This document shows, piece by piece, positions 20,561-32,500 of a stretch of 64,000 nt of DNA. The stretch's first letter is position 1. Every line of letters starts with the position of its first letter. This stretch comes from Paramoeba atlantica (taxonomy: Eukaryota; Protista; Discosea): positions 1 through 64,000 of the forward strand of contig CDRNVI010000069.1 of the NCBI GenBank assembly GCA_977017575.1, read 5' to 3'. Made by a program: the position numbers and the translations under genes. The notes beneath the pieces were generated by a model. That model was not told where the DNA came from, did no database searches, and was given only the letters and a program-made list of their open reading frames with translations.

Positions 20561-20937
20561 AATTGTGTTAAAAAAATGGTGATATGCTAAATATAAGTAC
20601 GAAATCTAAAGTTTTTTGGGGAAAATAGCCATTTAGACTCAAAATCGACTCTCCTAGTAAGATGACTCTCTGTACACAGAAAACATTTTCATCTCCGGTG
20701 ACTCTGAAGCATACGATGGTATGTGTTCGTAGATCAGACGTTCTTAGAAGGAGACAATGCACAAGCCTTTGAGTCGTGTTAAAAAGGGGTACGACTTTGT
20801 GTCTTTGCCTGGAGCAGAGCGAAATGCGAGGAAATTCGTCCTTGATCGTTTACCGGACGCTGGTCTTCTCGAGCGCACGGAGGAAAACGTCATTAGTTTG
20901 TGTGTCAACTGGATAAACAATCCAAAAAAAATCCAAA

Positions 20938-21354
20938 TCATTCCGGATTGCTCCGGATGGCCACTGACAAGCCAGACCCTTCACAGACAGATTTGGAAGT
21001 TCCGAGGCCGTCGTCCTCTACAAGTTTCCGCTTGTCCAAGGCGGCACCAACGTGCTGTTGCCAACACGCTGCGTCGACGAACTGTACGCCAACACGGCTT
21101 ACCCAAGAGGTGTAATCCGGGTAAGGGAGCTGGTTCCCTGAGGGGAGGGTCCGGGACGGTCCTCCGAGCACTGGGCCTAGTCGGTTATCAGCCCAGCCTC
21201 TTAGAGCGAGGCCGCCGAGAATATTGCGATGAGCGGGTTTGAACTCGCCGTCTGAGCACCATAAACAATCGAAGGGAGCAGTTAAAAGATTTTCCGTGCA
21301 GTAAAGTGGTAGAGCTTTAACGTTCCGATCGATGAGATGAGTGTCCTCCACCAT
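20938..21354 (-). other. Unassigned ORF, possibly a gene fragment
   Basis: 138-aa ATG-started ORF on the coding strand, ordinary composition, no motif recognised. Confidence 0.25.
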
Positions 21355-21689
21355 TTGTAGTACCTTTCTGGGTCTGTTTGGAACTGAATAATTGAGTTTA
21401 CAACTTTAATTATGGCATGCGGGCTAGATCATCTCAGGGGCTGTTATAGAAGATAGCTAATGTTTCTACTTTAACTGTTATGCGTTATACACTTTTATGT
21501 TACGGCTCCTTCATTGTATAAATGCTGTATAGTACTTACAATAATCTGAATCTACAAAATATCTAATGTATATCGGTTATTTTCTTACTTACCTATGATA
21601 CTGATTATAGCAAGCAATAATCGCAATTTTCGCCAAGAAATCGAGCTTTCTTACCCGAAAAAATTGATTATTCATGATAATTTGGCAAT

Positions 21690-22725
21690 CAACGCGAAGC
21701 GTGCAGCATGAGTGACTTCTAAGTTGAAAACAAGCACCGCATTTAACGAAGCCACTAAAAAATTATCAATATGGGGGTGGGGTCATCCCATTAGTATGGG
21801 GCAAAAGAAGTACAAGTGTGGCGCCCAAGAGGTGCGCGCAAGTTCTCAGAGACACATAAAAATGTATTCCTAAGATAAATGAATGAAAGGCATGTCTCTG
21901 CGTGGCACACTTGCCAAGCCGATGAAAAAATAACGATGTGTTTGCTATATATCAATTGCGGTGGTTGTATAACTACCGCTCTACCCTCGATTATTGAAAA
22001 AAAAGTGAACAAAAACAGTGAAAATATAAAGAGAAACACAGTAATATAATAGAAGAAAAAAATATAAAAGGGGGCCCCGGTGGTCCAAAACTGAAAAAAA
22101 ACTTCAAAAAAATGGGGGGTCCTTTCGGGGGGGTCTAGGGGGGCGGTTCATGGGGGGGGGTCCATGGGGGGGGTCCGTGGGGGGGTTCCATGGGGGGGGC
22201 ATACGTCGCGATTTTTTTTTTCGATTTTTTTGCTTTTCAAAATCGAGCGCAGGGAAGTGGTAGAGTAGGCCGCGGCGATAATTCCTCCCCCCCCCCATGG
22301 CGGTACCCCACCTGGTACCCGCAGGAGGGGTCCGACAAGATCCAAATTTCCGAAATTTTTGGGGTGACAATTTTTTTTTTTGACCCAAAAAAAGGTAAAA
22401 ATATTATTTTTCCAAAATCGACTCCTAAATCGTATTTGGAGAGTTTGGAACCTCAGCTACCATTCTACGACGTTTTTTTCGCCAGATTCGACTCCTGCCC
22501 CTACTGGTAAGGCATCAAAAACGGCCCAAATTCCGGTTAAAATTTCGCAATTTTTGTCGAAAAATCGAGCAGTTTCCCCCAAAAAAGTAGATTATTCAAG
22601 ATCTTTTCGCGATTTTTCTTTATTAGGCTCTTCGTTAAACGCGGAGGTGGTTTTCAACGCGAAGTGCGGATCATGAGTGGCTTCTAAGTAGAAAACGACC
22701 ACCGCGTTTAACGAAGAGCCTAAAT
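21690..22725 (+). repeat. Diverged family A copy preceded by the hairpin end of another copy
   Basis: 21953 onward matches 3902 onward (ATTGCGGTGGTTGTA.AACTACCGCTCTAC). Hairpin at about 22620..22725; partial hairpin at about 21700..21765. Confidence 0.9.
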
Positions 22726-23025
22726 ATTTCTTGTGTTCGATACCAAAAACAGGAAAATTAAGGGACGGTTAATTACGGGACACTTTGACCTTGATGAGGG
22801 GCGTCTCTTAAATTAAGGGTTAATTAAGTTAATTAACCTGTCCCGTAATAAAGCCCCACACTGTAGGTCGAAAGCTCCTAAGGTAACTGTTTTACAGAAA
22901 AGAAGAAGAAAGCTCATAGAAACAGCGGATGTGGTTGCCCATTTTGACAACTTTTGAGTTTTTCAATCAGTTTAATGAAAATGTTACGATGCAATTCCGA
23001 CGGCATTGATCAGATTGTGAATTAC

Positions 23026-23811
23026 TCACTGAAATTCTGTAAGCAGAGTATTAAACACGTCGAAACGTTTCACCTTTCTCTGGTAAGAAAAGCTAAACAG
23101 CCCTAAGCTCTTCGTATACAATTTGGGAGGTAAAGATTTGACACTGTAGCTCCCCTTTAACTTTGGGTTCGACGCTAATGTGAGCTGCGATAACCCCATG
23201 GGAAGGTTGTCAAAGCAAACTGAACCATCTAGTTCGTTGTGATAGAAGTCGATAAATTTCATTGTGTTCGGAAGGCGAGAAAGATTGAGATCCCCTGAAA
23301 ACTTGTTTTGATGCAAATCAAGGTATTCAAAACCATGCGGAAGATGGAGTAGATCAAGTCTACCTTCGCATTCATTCATATACGCACTCATTTTCTTCAG
23401 CGACCTCGGTAGGTCCGTCAAATTTAGATTTCCAGTAAAACTATTAGCATTGGCAACAGACTCTGCTAAGTTACGAGGTAAATATTCCATTTCAATGGAT
23501 CCCGAGAAATGATTATTGTGCAAATTCAATCGAGAAAGCGTCGTGGGGGCGTATTTCCACCGTAGAATTCCGAGATACCCACTATTCCACCAGGTAAGCG
23601 ATTCTACGAATCCATCTTCTCCACATCGTGTACCCCACCAGTGGCAGGCGGTGTTGCTTTCGTTCCACGAGGGATCCGGATTTCTCACCTCTTTCATAAA
23701 TTCCGCAAGTTCGTATTCTTGTGGCACCGCAGCTCTTGCCTTACCCAATCGCGTGGAAGTGTGATCGGTGTCTGCAGAATGTAGGAACACTGTACCTATG
23801 GATAATGCCAT
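23026..23811 (-). CDS. Small LRR protein (family member)
   Basis: 261 aa. VPQEYELAEF..NPDPSWNESNTACHWWGTRC followed by LRRs. Confidence 0.85.
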   Translation of the reverse strand: MALSIGTVFLHSADTDHTSTRLGKARAAVPQEYELAEFMKEVRNPDPSWNESNTACHWWGTRCGEDGFVESLTWWNSGYLGILRWKYAPTTLSRLNLHNNHFSGSIEMEYLPRNLAESVANANSFTGNLNLTDLPRSLKKMSAYMNECEGRLDLLHLPHGFEYLDLHQNKFSGDLNLSRLPNTMKFIDFYHNELDGSVCFDNLPMGLSQLTLASNPKLKGSYSVKSLPPKLYTKSLGLFSFSYQRKVKRFDVFNTLLTEFQ

Positions 23812-23902
23812 TGCGCAAAATATGACCCAGTTGTAAAAGATTGCGACGGGTCTAGGGAAGGGGTGTTTGCGAATTGGAAAAAAAATTATAAAAAATTAGA
23901 TA

Positions 23903-24231
23903 CTCCTCCTCTCACTAATTTCTATAAATATAAATTATAGCGAAAAAGAAAATTTATATTTATATTTATATAAATTAATGAGAATGATTAGGCAAAAAGT
24001 CCTGATTAGTGATCCTGCCTGATGGAAAAACGCTGTTTTTCTGCGATAAGCTATCGCGGAACGTGAGATCCAAGGCCCTTGTCGGAAGTGAGGGTCAAAT
24101 GTTTCTGCGGTGTTCTCCCCTCTATCCTAGATTTTCCTGTTTTTTCTTCAAAAACATAATTTTTTGAAAATCTAAAATTCTTTTTCTGAAAAATTAGGAA
24201 TGGCATTTATAGAAATTAATGAGAAGAGGAG
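23903..24231. mobile_element. MITE with TA target duplication (Stowaway/Tc1-like)
   Basis: TA|CTCCTCCTCTCACTAATTTCTATAAA ... TTTATAGAAATTAATGAGAAGAGGAG|TA; 26-bp TIR with 2 mismatches. Confidence 0.8.
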
Positions 24232-24939
24232 TATACCCTCCATGATCATAAAAAAGGGTTGTATGAAAAAAACACGGTAGGTTTAGAAAAGCAAAAACAA
24301 AGAAAAGATTTTAAAAATATTGTTTTTACTTATTCCAGTTTTCTCTTAAAAAGTGCATAAGAAAGCAAGGTAACTTGAATTGTCCTTGCTTGTTAAAATT
24401 GTTTGAACCTGCTTGAAAAACAGATTTTACCGGTGAAACGTTTATTAAGGATAAAAGTAATTAAGGCAGAACAGATTTAAAAATTAATTATTGCCTTAAT
24501 TAAAGTTGCCTTAATTAAAGTGGCGCTGATAAAAGCCCAAAACAGTTCTTGTTTAAATATTGTCGTTCGCAGCATAAATATCACATTTCTGCTAAAAGTG
24601 CTCAATTTCTGATCATTTGTCATGTTTTTCGTGCTTTTCTAGGCGAACTTCGCCTGTTTCGCTTACCTTTGCGGTCTTCAACCAGTTTAACGTGTGAGAG
24701 AAAAGCTAAAACGATCATTGAAAGGAGAAGTCTGAGACGGAATCATGAAATTAATTTTTCCCATTTTTTTCCCCAAAATGACAAAGAATTATTGCCTTAC
24801 CGGGCGTTACTTAATTACGGAATTTCTTAATTACGGTTAACGGTTAAACTGAACCAACATTCGCAATTTTGCAAATTTTCAAAAAAAAATCTTTTTTTTC
24901 TCGTATTTTAAACTTTTCTCAACTTGTACATGCTTACTT

Positions 24940-25311
24940 CTTACAAATGAACGCATGCACGGCATTGCTTCAAATTTACTAAAACTTGAAACAATGCATC
25001 ACCCCCGTTACACTTTAAGCTTCCGGTGCATACCTCTGCTTATGCTTGTATTCGGTACCCTTCTTTTCCAGCTTCCTACCTGTCCCGCTTCAGACACTTT
25101 TTGGCCATAGAGTTAGCGCACTCCATAGTGCTCGTGTACACACCTTCAGTTGTAATCCACTATCTTTCGTGGCGAACACTTTCGCGTAGAGATAAATCGT
25201 GACGGGTGTCAGATAGAATTTTTATGCGATTTCCTGAAGCAAGATTCTCGATGTTTGGAGAAAAGGATTCTGGAACGTTCTATTCGGAACAGAGTCCATA
25301 TATATAATTTG
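24940..25311 (-). pseudogene. Decayed Merlin transposase interrupted by the intact Merlin
   Basis: Minus-strand translation WITTEGVYTSTMECANSMAKKCLKRDR*..TGSLKCNGGDAL, with in-frame stops. Confidence 0.8.
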
Positions 25312-26524
25312 GGTGGGATTGAACGAATAATGTACACTTTTTTTAAATAATTTTAAATTTTTATGAAATCCTTTTTTGTGTTTCCTAGGGTGATATGTAT
25401 GAATTTTTTGGATTATTAGTCAATTTTTATCTTAAAATTACGGCTAGTATTGCTTCTCTAAGGTTTCAATGAACTGCACAGGTTGCCCTCGTTTTGATTG
25501 CGCTGCTCAAATTCGCTTGACTTCAGTCGGCTCTGCCACAGAGGAAACGTGTATGTTGTGGATGCGAAACCACAAACTCACTGTACAAAGCGTTTCCTGC
25601 GAGCGTGGGCATGAGCGGGTATTGTGTAATCTGAAGGGAGGCAAGTTCCACTGCCCAGTACGCTCCTGCCGCAATTTGATGTCACAGGACGGTCCTCTCA
25701 AGCACTCAAAGACAAAGGTGTCCGCAAAGCAGATTCTAATTGGGATCGTTTCCTTTTCTTATAGCATGCTGGGAACAGAAGTTGCAAAGGAAGAAGAAGT
25801 CTCTCAAAGAACTGTAGTTTTGCAACGCCAAATTATCGAAAAATCATTGTCTGAGGTTCATAAAATCCGTCAGCGGAACGCCGAGGGAACAGTATCCTTT
25901 ATGCAAGTCGATGAGACGTGGTTCTCAAAGATCAAGCGAGGGGGAAACAACCGAAACCAGCGGGTACGCGCTGGTGGTAGCCAGATAGTTCAGACTCTGG
26001 CCGAATGTACTCGTGACAGCAAGCTGACAGAGATACATGTCACGCCTGTGCCTCAAAAAAGCGCAGAACACTTAATTCCCCCCATCGAGGCTATGTGTGC
26101 CTCCTCGCGTACGCTGATCCATACCGACGGGGCCAGGCACAACAATTTTCTTGAAGGAAAGTATCAATGGGATTCGGTTATCCACAGAAATGAGTGGACC
26201 AGTGATTCCGGTGTGCACACTAACACCGTAGAAGGAGCAAACAGCATGTTGAAGAGAACTTTGACGCGTTGTGGCGGCCAACTTGGTAGAAGCAATGAAA
26301 ACCGGCATGAGCGTGTGCGCGCCCTGGCAGAAAAATGTAACGGATCTCTGCGGGTGAATGGAGCAAGTGTTTTGAAGCGAGTTTTGGAGGATCTTCGCGT
26401 GTATTGTGCGCATTATGTTCTGCAGTAAGAAGCATTTTTTTTGTTAGATAATGATCGAAGGGAAAATATCGTCTTTTTAAAAATTCTGAACTGAAATTTT
26501 GTACATTATTCGTTCAATCCGACC
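25312..26524 (+). mobile_element. Complete Merlin (IS1595/ISXO2-like) DNA transposon, 1213 bp
   Basis: 25-bp TIRs GGT(G/C)GGATTGAACGAATAATGTACA with 1 mismatch; 8-bp TSD ATAATTTG at 25304..25311 and 26525..26532. Confidence 0.95.
25469..26428 (+). CDS. Merlin DDE transposase
   Basis: 319 aa, uninterrupted. MQVDETWF, LIHTDG, GVHTNTVEG motifs; Cys-rich N-terminus. Confidence 0.93.
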   Translation: MNCTGCPRFDCAAQIRLTSVGSATEETCMLWMRNHKLTVQSVSCERGHERVLCNLKGGKFHCPVRSCRNLMSQDGPLKHSKTKVSAKQILIGIVSFSYSMLGTEVAKEEEVSQRTVVLQRQIIEKSLSEVHKIRQRNAEGTVSFMQVDETWFSKIKRGGNNRNQRVRAGGSQIVQTLAECTRDSKLTEIHVTPVPQKSAEHLIPPIEAMCASSRTLIHTDGARHNNFLEGKYQWDSVIHRNEWTSDSGVHTNTVEGANSMLKRTLTRCGGQLGRSNENRHERVRALAEKCNGSLRVNGASVLKRVLEDLRVYCAHYVLQ

Positions 26525-28253
26525 ATAATTTGCGGTTCTTCTATTCTCTCGATGGTTCTTGTTACAAATCACTTTCTGCGCCACTGGAGAGTGCTTTCGC
26601 ATCCATTTAAGACATTGATTCTCACTCCTGGAGAACTTGTTTCTAATGATACTTCTTGAACGACACGAGAATCTTAACGCATCCAGTGCGCGTCATTAAA
26701 AGGTGTGAAGGTTGATAAGGAAGTATAAACGAATTCAAAAAACACACCGTTTATATAAAATTAATGTACAAAAACAAAATTCATCATAAAAAAGGGGCGG
26801 AAAAATGTTCAAGTAAACTTTTTTTTACCAGAAATGAGAAAAGTGCGAATATTGGTTCAGTTTCACCCGGTTAACGGTTAAAATTTCGTCGATTTTAACC
26901 TTAAATCGGTTAACCGTAATTAGGGAGTAACCGTAATTAAGAAATTCCGTAAATAGGGAAAATCGGTTATGCGTTGCCCACAACGAATTTAAACATCAAT
27001 GAAACGATAACTATCAACCATCAATATCGTGCATCTTATACCCACTAGATTCGAAAGTGCGCTGTCGCTTTCTTCTAGTGGTATCCGCATCATCGTTGCG
27101 TTCCCCGTAGTCAAATCCAAGCTAGAATGTTTCCAAGCCCCTCGTAATGCAATTATCTGATACTGTGTAGCAACGTGGTGGCGCATTCCACACGAGGAAT
27201 GCCAGTCGCTCTATTCCTCGCCCAGGAGACTTTCTGCTTCCTGATATTCCAGTCACAGGGCGCATAAAAATATTTTGCTCGGAAAATAAAAATGTCAGTT
27301 TTAATCTTAAATAGATTAACCGTAATTAGGTAAAAACCGTAATTAAGGACAACCGTAATTAAGTAACGCCCGGTAATTAAAGCTGCCTTAATTAAAGTTG
27401 CCTTAATTTTAATTACCCTTAATTGGAGTTTCTACGGTATATCATGTTTTAATTGAATTAGTCTTCCATGCAATTCTTTATGCAAAAGAAATTTCTACAC
27501 GAGCTTAACTTAGAACACGAATTTTCGTGTATTCAAAGGCCTTGCATTTCAGCGTTTCCGGTAGTAAATCGACATGAACTTCTCCCGTAAGCTCGGAGTT
27601 GCCACGAAGTTTGTTTTTTCATGCACTTATAGTGCAGAGATTTGCCTCACTACATGTCCTTACCCGCATACGACGGGTGGATCAAGTGAGGGTTCGCCCT
27701 CGCCGGAGGTGTGCGGGTGCAGAGAGCTGGGGCCCCAGGTGCAGAGAGCTCGGTTGTCATGTGCAGGTGCAGAGAGCCAGATGCGTAATCCCCATATTAC
27801 AGTTTCGGGGGCAATCCGGGTGCAGAGAGCTGCGACAGAGCCGAGTGCAGAGAGCGACCCCCAGGTGCAGAGAGCCGGGAGTCTCGTCGGCGGAGGACAC
27901 GCCTAGTGGCCCTCAAGGGAGGCCACCGTAACGCATGGCCTCTTCGGAAAGGTAACTGCGAGAGAAGGGGAAGCCGAGAGAGGGAAACACACTCACTCCA
28001 GGGGAGTGATTCGGGAAGGGGTGGAAGCACGTCCCCTTCTTCAACAATGGAGGGGGTGGAGACAGTACCTGTAGGTCGCTGTCGAACGGTGACGACCAAT
28101 GGCGACCGGTGGCGAACGCTGTAGGTATTTTTTGAGGTTCGAAGGATCGACCATTAACCATACAAGTCTTCATAAACCACCCTTCATCAATAAGGAACCC
28201 CACCTTATTTTTGGCACAACAACGAAGGCCCCACACAAGCCGCGCTCGTCGAT

Positions 28254-28490
28254 TTATGCAACAAGCTCCGGCGTTAGGGTTTCCACGTCTTGCGCTTTAT
28301 GGCATTCGGGGAAGAGGTTTTTCCCCATTCGGACGCAAGTCGCGGAACAGTGAACGCAACGTTCCACAAAGTACCCTTCTTCGCCGGAGGGCTGGCGGCA
28401 ATCGAGGCAGACGGATGGCGTTTTCGGAGTGAACAGCTTATCTTCCCCACAAGTATCACAAAATTTCTTAGCACAGCGAGAAGTTTGCAT
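28254..28490 (-). CDS. Small Cys-rich (zinc-ribbon-like) ORF carried inside family B copy 1
   Basis: 78 aa from ATG 28490, with CDTC, CLDC, CVHCSATC and PECH; lies between 34-bp direct repeats. Confidence 0.4.
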   Translation of the reverse strand: MQTSRCAKKFCDTCGEDKLFTPKTPSVCLDCRQPSGEEGYFVERCVHCSATCVRMGKNLFPECHKAQDVETLTPELVA

Positions 28491-28808
28491 TAATGGAACT
28501 AACAAAAATAGTTGGGAATGTATAAATTGGTGGTGTATAAAATGCTAAATTGTTTTTGCTGATGTATAATTATATTGATCAGTCGGTCATAAAGTTGAGC
28601 ATTTTGGCCTTCAAAGTGTCGTTTTCTGGAAGTCGGTGACGATCGGTGACGACCGGTGGCGAACGCTGTAGGTATTTTTTGAGACCGTCGAAGGGCCACT
28701 TGCACTCCCTCCAATAGAGAGGGACAGTTTCGGCCTTAGTGCCGGCCGAAAACGGGCATAAAAATATAGTAAGAGTATGTCCGTTGCCGGGGAAAGAAAG
28801 GATAAACT

Positions 28809-28837
28809 CAACAAGGTACATAAACTGTATCTTTATC
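28809..28837 (-). other. Spliced-leader (SL) exon-like 29-mer at the 5' end of family B copy 1
   Basis: GATAAAGATACAGTTTATGTACCTTGTTG; one mismatch to the copy at 43101..43129. Confidence 0.7.
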
Positions 28838-29570
28838 GATGAAAGACTTACAAGTGCAGAAGGAAGGAGAGTAAGTGTTACATGACCACTTAGCTCATTC
28901 GCCGACAGAATTAATGAAACTAGCTTGGACGGAAAGTGACAAAGATCAATGCTTCCCGAGAACTTATTGTACGAGGCTTCAAACCAAGGTAAATGGGGTG
29001 GAAGGTTTACGAGATCAATCTCACCTCTAAGTTTGTTGTTGGATACGGAGAATCGGATGAGTGATCTCGGCAGCACGTCCCACTTAATCGTGCCTCGTAA
29101 TTTACGACTCTCTGGATCAAACGCGGTGATTTTGTTTTCATAAACCTGAACCTCTTCCCATATATCGGCTGTCATGGATGTGTTCCAAGAGGGGAGGTGA
29201 TTCTCAATGGTACGTACCATACGCTCGAGACCGTACTCCAGGGGTAGGAGCACACTTCTGACTCTCCCCGCTTTTGCATCCCCACTACTCGTATCGGAAC
29301 AAATAAGAACGTTTGAAGAAGCTTGGCCACATGGCAACTGCAAAAAGCACATGTTGAACTATTTTGACGAATTATGAAAAAAGAGTTCGAAGGAGCGCCT
29401 GAAATAAAGCGCCTGAATAAAGATAGATCTTAGAAAGTATAGGCGTATGAATATTCAGTTTCTTCAACATGGTTCATTAGAATGTAAACATCGGATTATC
29501 TATTTCTAACCGCGATCCTTTCGCATTAGAAAAATGTAAGTCACTAGAAGAACGTACATCACTTCATGAC

Positions 29571-32500
29571 TTACTGTGACAAGACCCTTCTGGCTTCCTT
29601 CATTTCAGATAAAACAGTAGGAGAAAAGATATTTTCTGTGTTTCCTGGCATGGAGGAACGCTCCAAGTAACTGGCACGTCGCGTGGGCTTCAGAGTCTTG
29701 TCCAATATATTTACTGTTTGTTTTTTCTCTGCCGGACGAAGCTCGGGATTCGATAGTGCGAGAGAGGAACTTATTGTGTTCGACAGCGCGCAAAGCCGTT
29801 TGCTTTCATCCGACGTGAGTTCAGCTTGAATGACCCAATACTCTTTTCGATCCAGCCCTTGTGCGACAGCATCCTGTGATACAAATTTCGAATCTTGTTT
29901 TATCTTTTCTTCACTCCTTATCTGAAGTTTGCATGAGAGATAGACTCCATGAAAAGTACCACCGGTTGTGGTCACGAGAAGTGGACCACTTAATTCAGTT
30001 TCCAAAGACGAGGAAGAGGAAGATGAAGTAGACGAAGGTAGAGAAGAATCAAGCCCACTGGGAGCTTTACTTCTCACCGGTTCCAGCGACTGAGCCCATT
30101 CTAACTCTGTAAGGGGGGGCAATGGAAGATGCGCCCCATGGCCTGCGTTTTCCATCGAAGCATCATACGAATTTCGCATCTCGCCGTAGTAATCACAGAA
30201 GAAGCGCGCGTCAATATACGAATTTCGAATAAGGTAATCCATCGCCTCTGGGGGTAGCTGTATTACTCGGGAAGAGCCAAGGTAGGGAGCCAGGAGCTGA
30301 GCTCCAATGATGTTGAGCGTTCGCCCATCTTTTTGAGTGACTACACACACGGCTGCGGGCCTCTGTGCTCGTTTAATTGCAACAGACATCGACTGAGCCT
30401 CGCGAGATTTTCTGTGCCCTCCGTTTTCGATGTTTTGCTGAAACCACGAAGCTTCTTTTGTCATGGCACTCCACGACCCGTCGTTGTTTTTACAAAACGT
30501 GTAATAGTGAAACAGATTCGGCAGCACTGTGAAGGGATAGAGGACTTGATTGGAAAAAGCTTCGTCGAACGTAGAAGCGGGGCACTTGTCTGGGAAAGGG
30601 CGTTCCAAGACTTGCTCTTCTGGCGCTGTGGAAGGCGCTACTTTCTGAAACAGTGCAAAAAAGAATCCCGTTTTAAAGGAACGGTTCTCATGGGGAAGAA
30701 GCCGTGCGCACTGCTCGAGATTATCGCTCGCTGAGCAAAATAATTCTGTAAAATTCGAAATCGTACGCAATGGGGAATCCCACGCAACCTCTTCAATTGC
30801 GGACACAAACCGTTTAAGATGACCCCTGTGTTTATCCGATTCGGTTCGGTTTTCAGCGTAATGTGGCACACACCAGCGACGCAGCCCCGGACGAAGGCAA
30901 ACCCCCGAGAAAGAGCTCGGAAGATTTACGTGCCTTAGCTCTACAGAGCCAGCATACTCCCGCAACACAGAGGCCACCACAGCCTCATTCTCCACAGGGT
31001 TGAGACTGCAAGTGGAGTACAGGACACTCCCCCCTACATGGACCAGTCGTAGTGCGCGAGATAAGATTGCGCGCTGGGTGTTAAAAAGGGTTACCCCCTC
31101 GAACGGTCGCCACGTGGCGTTAAGATGAACATCATGACCCATGCGCCCGTCTCCGGAACAAGGGACATCGGCGAGAACGAAATCAAAAAACGAACCGCTC
31201 GGTTCTACGGTTTGTGAGAACGTGAGGGGGTTAGAACTCCACCGGTCGTGTTGTGGGACAACATTGTTGCCTAACACTGTAATGTCTTTTGATGCCGTTT
31301 TCTCCTCCCCTCTCTCCTCCTCTGGCTGCACACGAACCAGTGGAAAATGCTGCGCGTCATACTGCGTAAGCAGCACTTGAGGAAACGGAGCTAACGATAA
31401 CCGTTTCTCCAGATCCCCCCTGCGTGGGCTGTTTTTATCATTCACCACCAGCACCCCTCGCCTTCCGAGGCACTCCGCGAGACGCAGTGCTTTATTCCCC
31501 GGAGCCGCACATAAGTCCAACACGAAACTCCCGGGTCGGATTCGCGCCCCCAAAAGTGCCGTAGCCAACACCGAACTTAAGGATTGAATCCCTAAAAGGT
31601 GATGGGTGTGAAGTCGATAGAGCCAACTTTTCATCAAAGGCTCATAGGCAACAAAAACCTCACGTGAAAGATGCGCAAGAAAGGCCTTTTTATTATTTCC
31701 CAAGTTTGTTGAATGGATGGAACCCTTCGCATCCCCTACACTCTCAGAGGGTTGTGGCCATCTCCCCATCCTTTGTAGTTTTCCCTCTAATCCATTCATT
31801 GGAGCCTTCCCCTCCTTGGCCTCAAAGGAAGACGCGTAATATTTATTGCGCTGCTGCAACTGCAGAAGTGCGGTGCGTAGCCTTTTCCAATACGGCCACG
31901 CGGTGTGGAGCCGTGCCGTTAGGGGGGCATTGAGGTCAATGGGATTTTCAGTACTTCTGTTCTGAACAAAAGAAGAAGTTGTTGTTGCTGTTGTTGTTTC
32001 AGATAGGTAAGCTTGATAGGCAGCTACATCCGCAGCGCTGTGGAGTACGCCTTGCCGGTGGTAGTAGGCGAGGAGCGTATGGCTGCGATGGGAGGGGAGA
32101 GGGAAGGAGAGAGACACGAGATGGGGGGGATAGGGGTGGGAGATTTGAAATTCATGGGAAAGTGTTTTTAGCATGTCGGCGGCCGTGGTCGTGTCGGGGC
32201 TTTGGGGGGAGATCGTAGGGGATTCGGGAAGCAGAGGGGGGAGTTCGGTGGAGGTGGTTCGGTTCGTTTTGGAGCGCAGCTCGGCGGGGAGGACGGGAAA
32301 AAGGGTGCGGGCGAGGAGAAAGGGGTGAATCCCACAACGAAGGGCGAGTTGGTAGTGCTCCACCCCAAGAGGGAATGCAGCTTCGTTTTTGCAGTAGTGC
32401 ATAATGCGAAGAGCGTTGTGCCACTGCCGGGTTCGACGTGCGGCAAGAAGAACTGTACTTAGCGTTGCGGGAGTAAGGCGACCTTTCGCGTCGTACGTTC

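Larger units (their letters stand above)
24799..27374. mobile_element. TA-flanked TIR element enclosing the Merlin nest
   Basis: Perfect 24-bp inverted repeat TTACCGGGCGTTACTTAATTACGG (24797..24820) and CCGTAATTAAGTAACGCCCGGTAA (27353..27376), with repeated subterminal TAATTACGG/CCGTAATTA motifs. Confidence 0.7.
27610..28839 (-). mobile_element. Family B element, copy 1 (with cargo)
   Basis: Shares body with 41328..41880 and 42549..43131: GTGCAGAGAG repeats, TGCACTTATAGTGCA palindrome at 27622..27636. Carries about 0.65 kb of extra sequence; no TSD evident. Confidence 0.85.
27505..29352 (-). pseudogene. LRR family gene split by a family B insertion
   Basis: N-part 28840..29352 ends ..LLPSALVSLS. 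C-part 27505..27609 reads LRGNSELTGEVHVDLLPETLKCKAFEYTKIRVLS*. Joining them restores LxxLxLxxN in frame. Confidence 0.85.

Noticed and set aside
27700-27880. GTGCAGAGAG repeats as a CRISPR-like array
   Set aside because: Repeats are only 10 nt with short irregular spacers, there are no cas genes, and the context is eukaryotic.
27610-28839. Family B as a GT-AG intron
   Set aside because: The ends are TCG..AAA on the coding strand, not GT..AG.
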